A stretch of 20,000 bases of DNA from Enoplolaimus lenunculus (lineage: Eukaryota), in the NCBI GenBank assembly GCA_030248215.1, contig JASANG010000266.1:418502-438501 (forward strand), in the 5' to 3' direction. Both the position numbers and the translations under genes were made by a program. The notes under the pieces were generated by a model that saw only the letters and a list, made by a program, of their open reading frames with translations, did not search any database and had not been told where the DNA came from. Positions 19,109-20,000 of this stretch are shown here, piece after piece. How positions within the stretch are numbered: position 1 is the first letter of the stretch; every line of letters begins with the position of its first letter.

Positions 19109-20000
19109 TGTAAGGTCTGGACTGGTCAAAAACGGGGATTTTCGACCGATCCGAAGGCGGGTATGGTCTAGTTTCGGGTTGATCCTGGAACAGTTTAAAC
19201 ACAATTTAGACACTCCTACGGCTCGTGCGAGTCTATACAACGCTATTTTCCGGTTTACTAGTAACACGCAAGTAATTAACACAAAATATGGAACAGAAGC
19301 CCGTTAGTCCCGCTGATGCTAAAATTGCCAATTTTCCCTGTTTACGATGATTATAGCTTTTGAACGAGGGCCATGCGGCCGAAAAGCACTATAGAAATTA
19401 TGAGTATTGGGAAATTGCAATATGTAAGCGAAAGATGGACAAGATCCGCCAGACACAGCCTACGGGACCGCTACTTAAATTACGTCCGGGCACAATAATA
19501 ACCGTAACACACAAATTATAAAAATAGCAAGTACACGTCTCCCAGGCCTAAAAATTACTATTTTGACCAAGTAAAATATGCTGATTCCGATTAAATACTT
19601 TTTACTTCTCCGTCAAGGCGAGGATTATATGTTCCAAGCGTGCCGAAAATAACACTGCGTTTTACGTATATTAGAAAACCATTTAAGCACCTAAGCTAGC
19701 TATGTGATCGCAAGAATACCCAGAATGTTCTAGAATCATCGCAATAATGACATAAAAAGAAATATGACAAATAAGACACAAACGGGCAGAATTAGCAGAA
19801 ATAGAGGTGCGAAATGGAATGAGCACCTTGAAATTAGTAGGAAACGGGAAGGGGACGCCTGAAAACATGAAAATAAGCATTTATAAGATCGCAAAAATAT
19901 GACATGTGGGAATTGGCACAAAAGGGTCAAAAGGGGAAGAATTTGTAGAAATGGGAATGCGCAAAGAACTGAGCGCATAGAATTTGGTCAGAAAATGGGG

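Noticed and set aside
19683..19978. Two hydrophobic minus-strand ORFs at the window end
   Set aside because: Hydrophobicity reflects the A/G-rich plus strand. No domain or exon evidence.

Overview
AT-rich eukaryotic (probably invertebrate animal) genomic window. Positions 1393-11458 on the minus strand carry the 5' part of a CLK/Doa (LAMMER-family, CMGC) protein kinase gene. I resolved nine coding exons with GT-AG junctions and consistent phases, about 1113 codons: a ~877-aa Arg/Ser-rich disordered N-terminus, then kinase subdomains I-IX. The gene continues beyond position 1, so the EHLAMMERILG motif is not in the window. Introns and the upstream region are dense with small non-autonomous elements: several hAT-type MITEs with 8-bp target-site duplications (TSDs), two of them nested; two inverted copies of a Helentron/HINE-like element carrying a ~175-bp tandem array; a head-to-tail trimer of a tRNA-derived SINE; and a young 116-bp x3 repeat. 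The most unusual observations are a 96%-identical copy of a kinase-exon fragment 12 kb away attached to a much more diverged MITE, a MITE whose TSD duplicated a splice donor, a ~24-aa acidic insert in the kinase beta2-beta3 loop, and a splicing layout at the N-terminus/kinase junction that could give kinase-less isoforms. No database searches were run, and family assignments rest on visible motifs.
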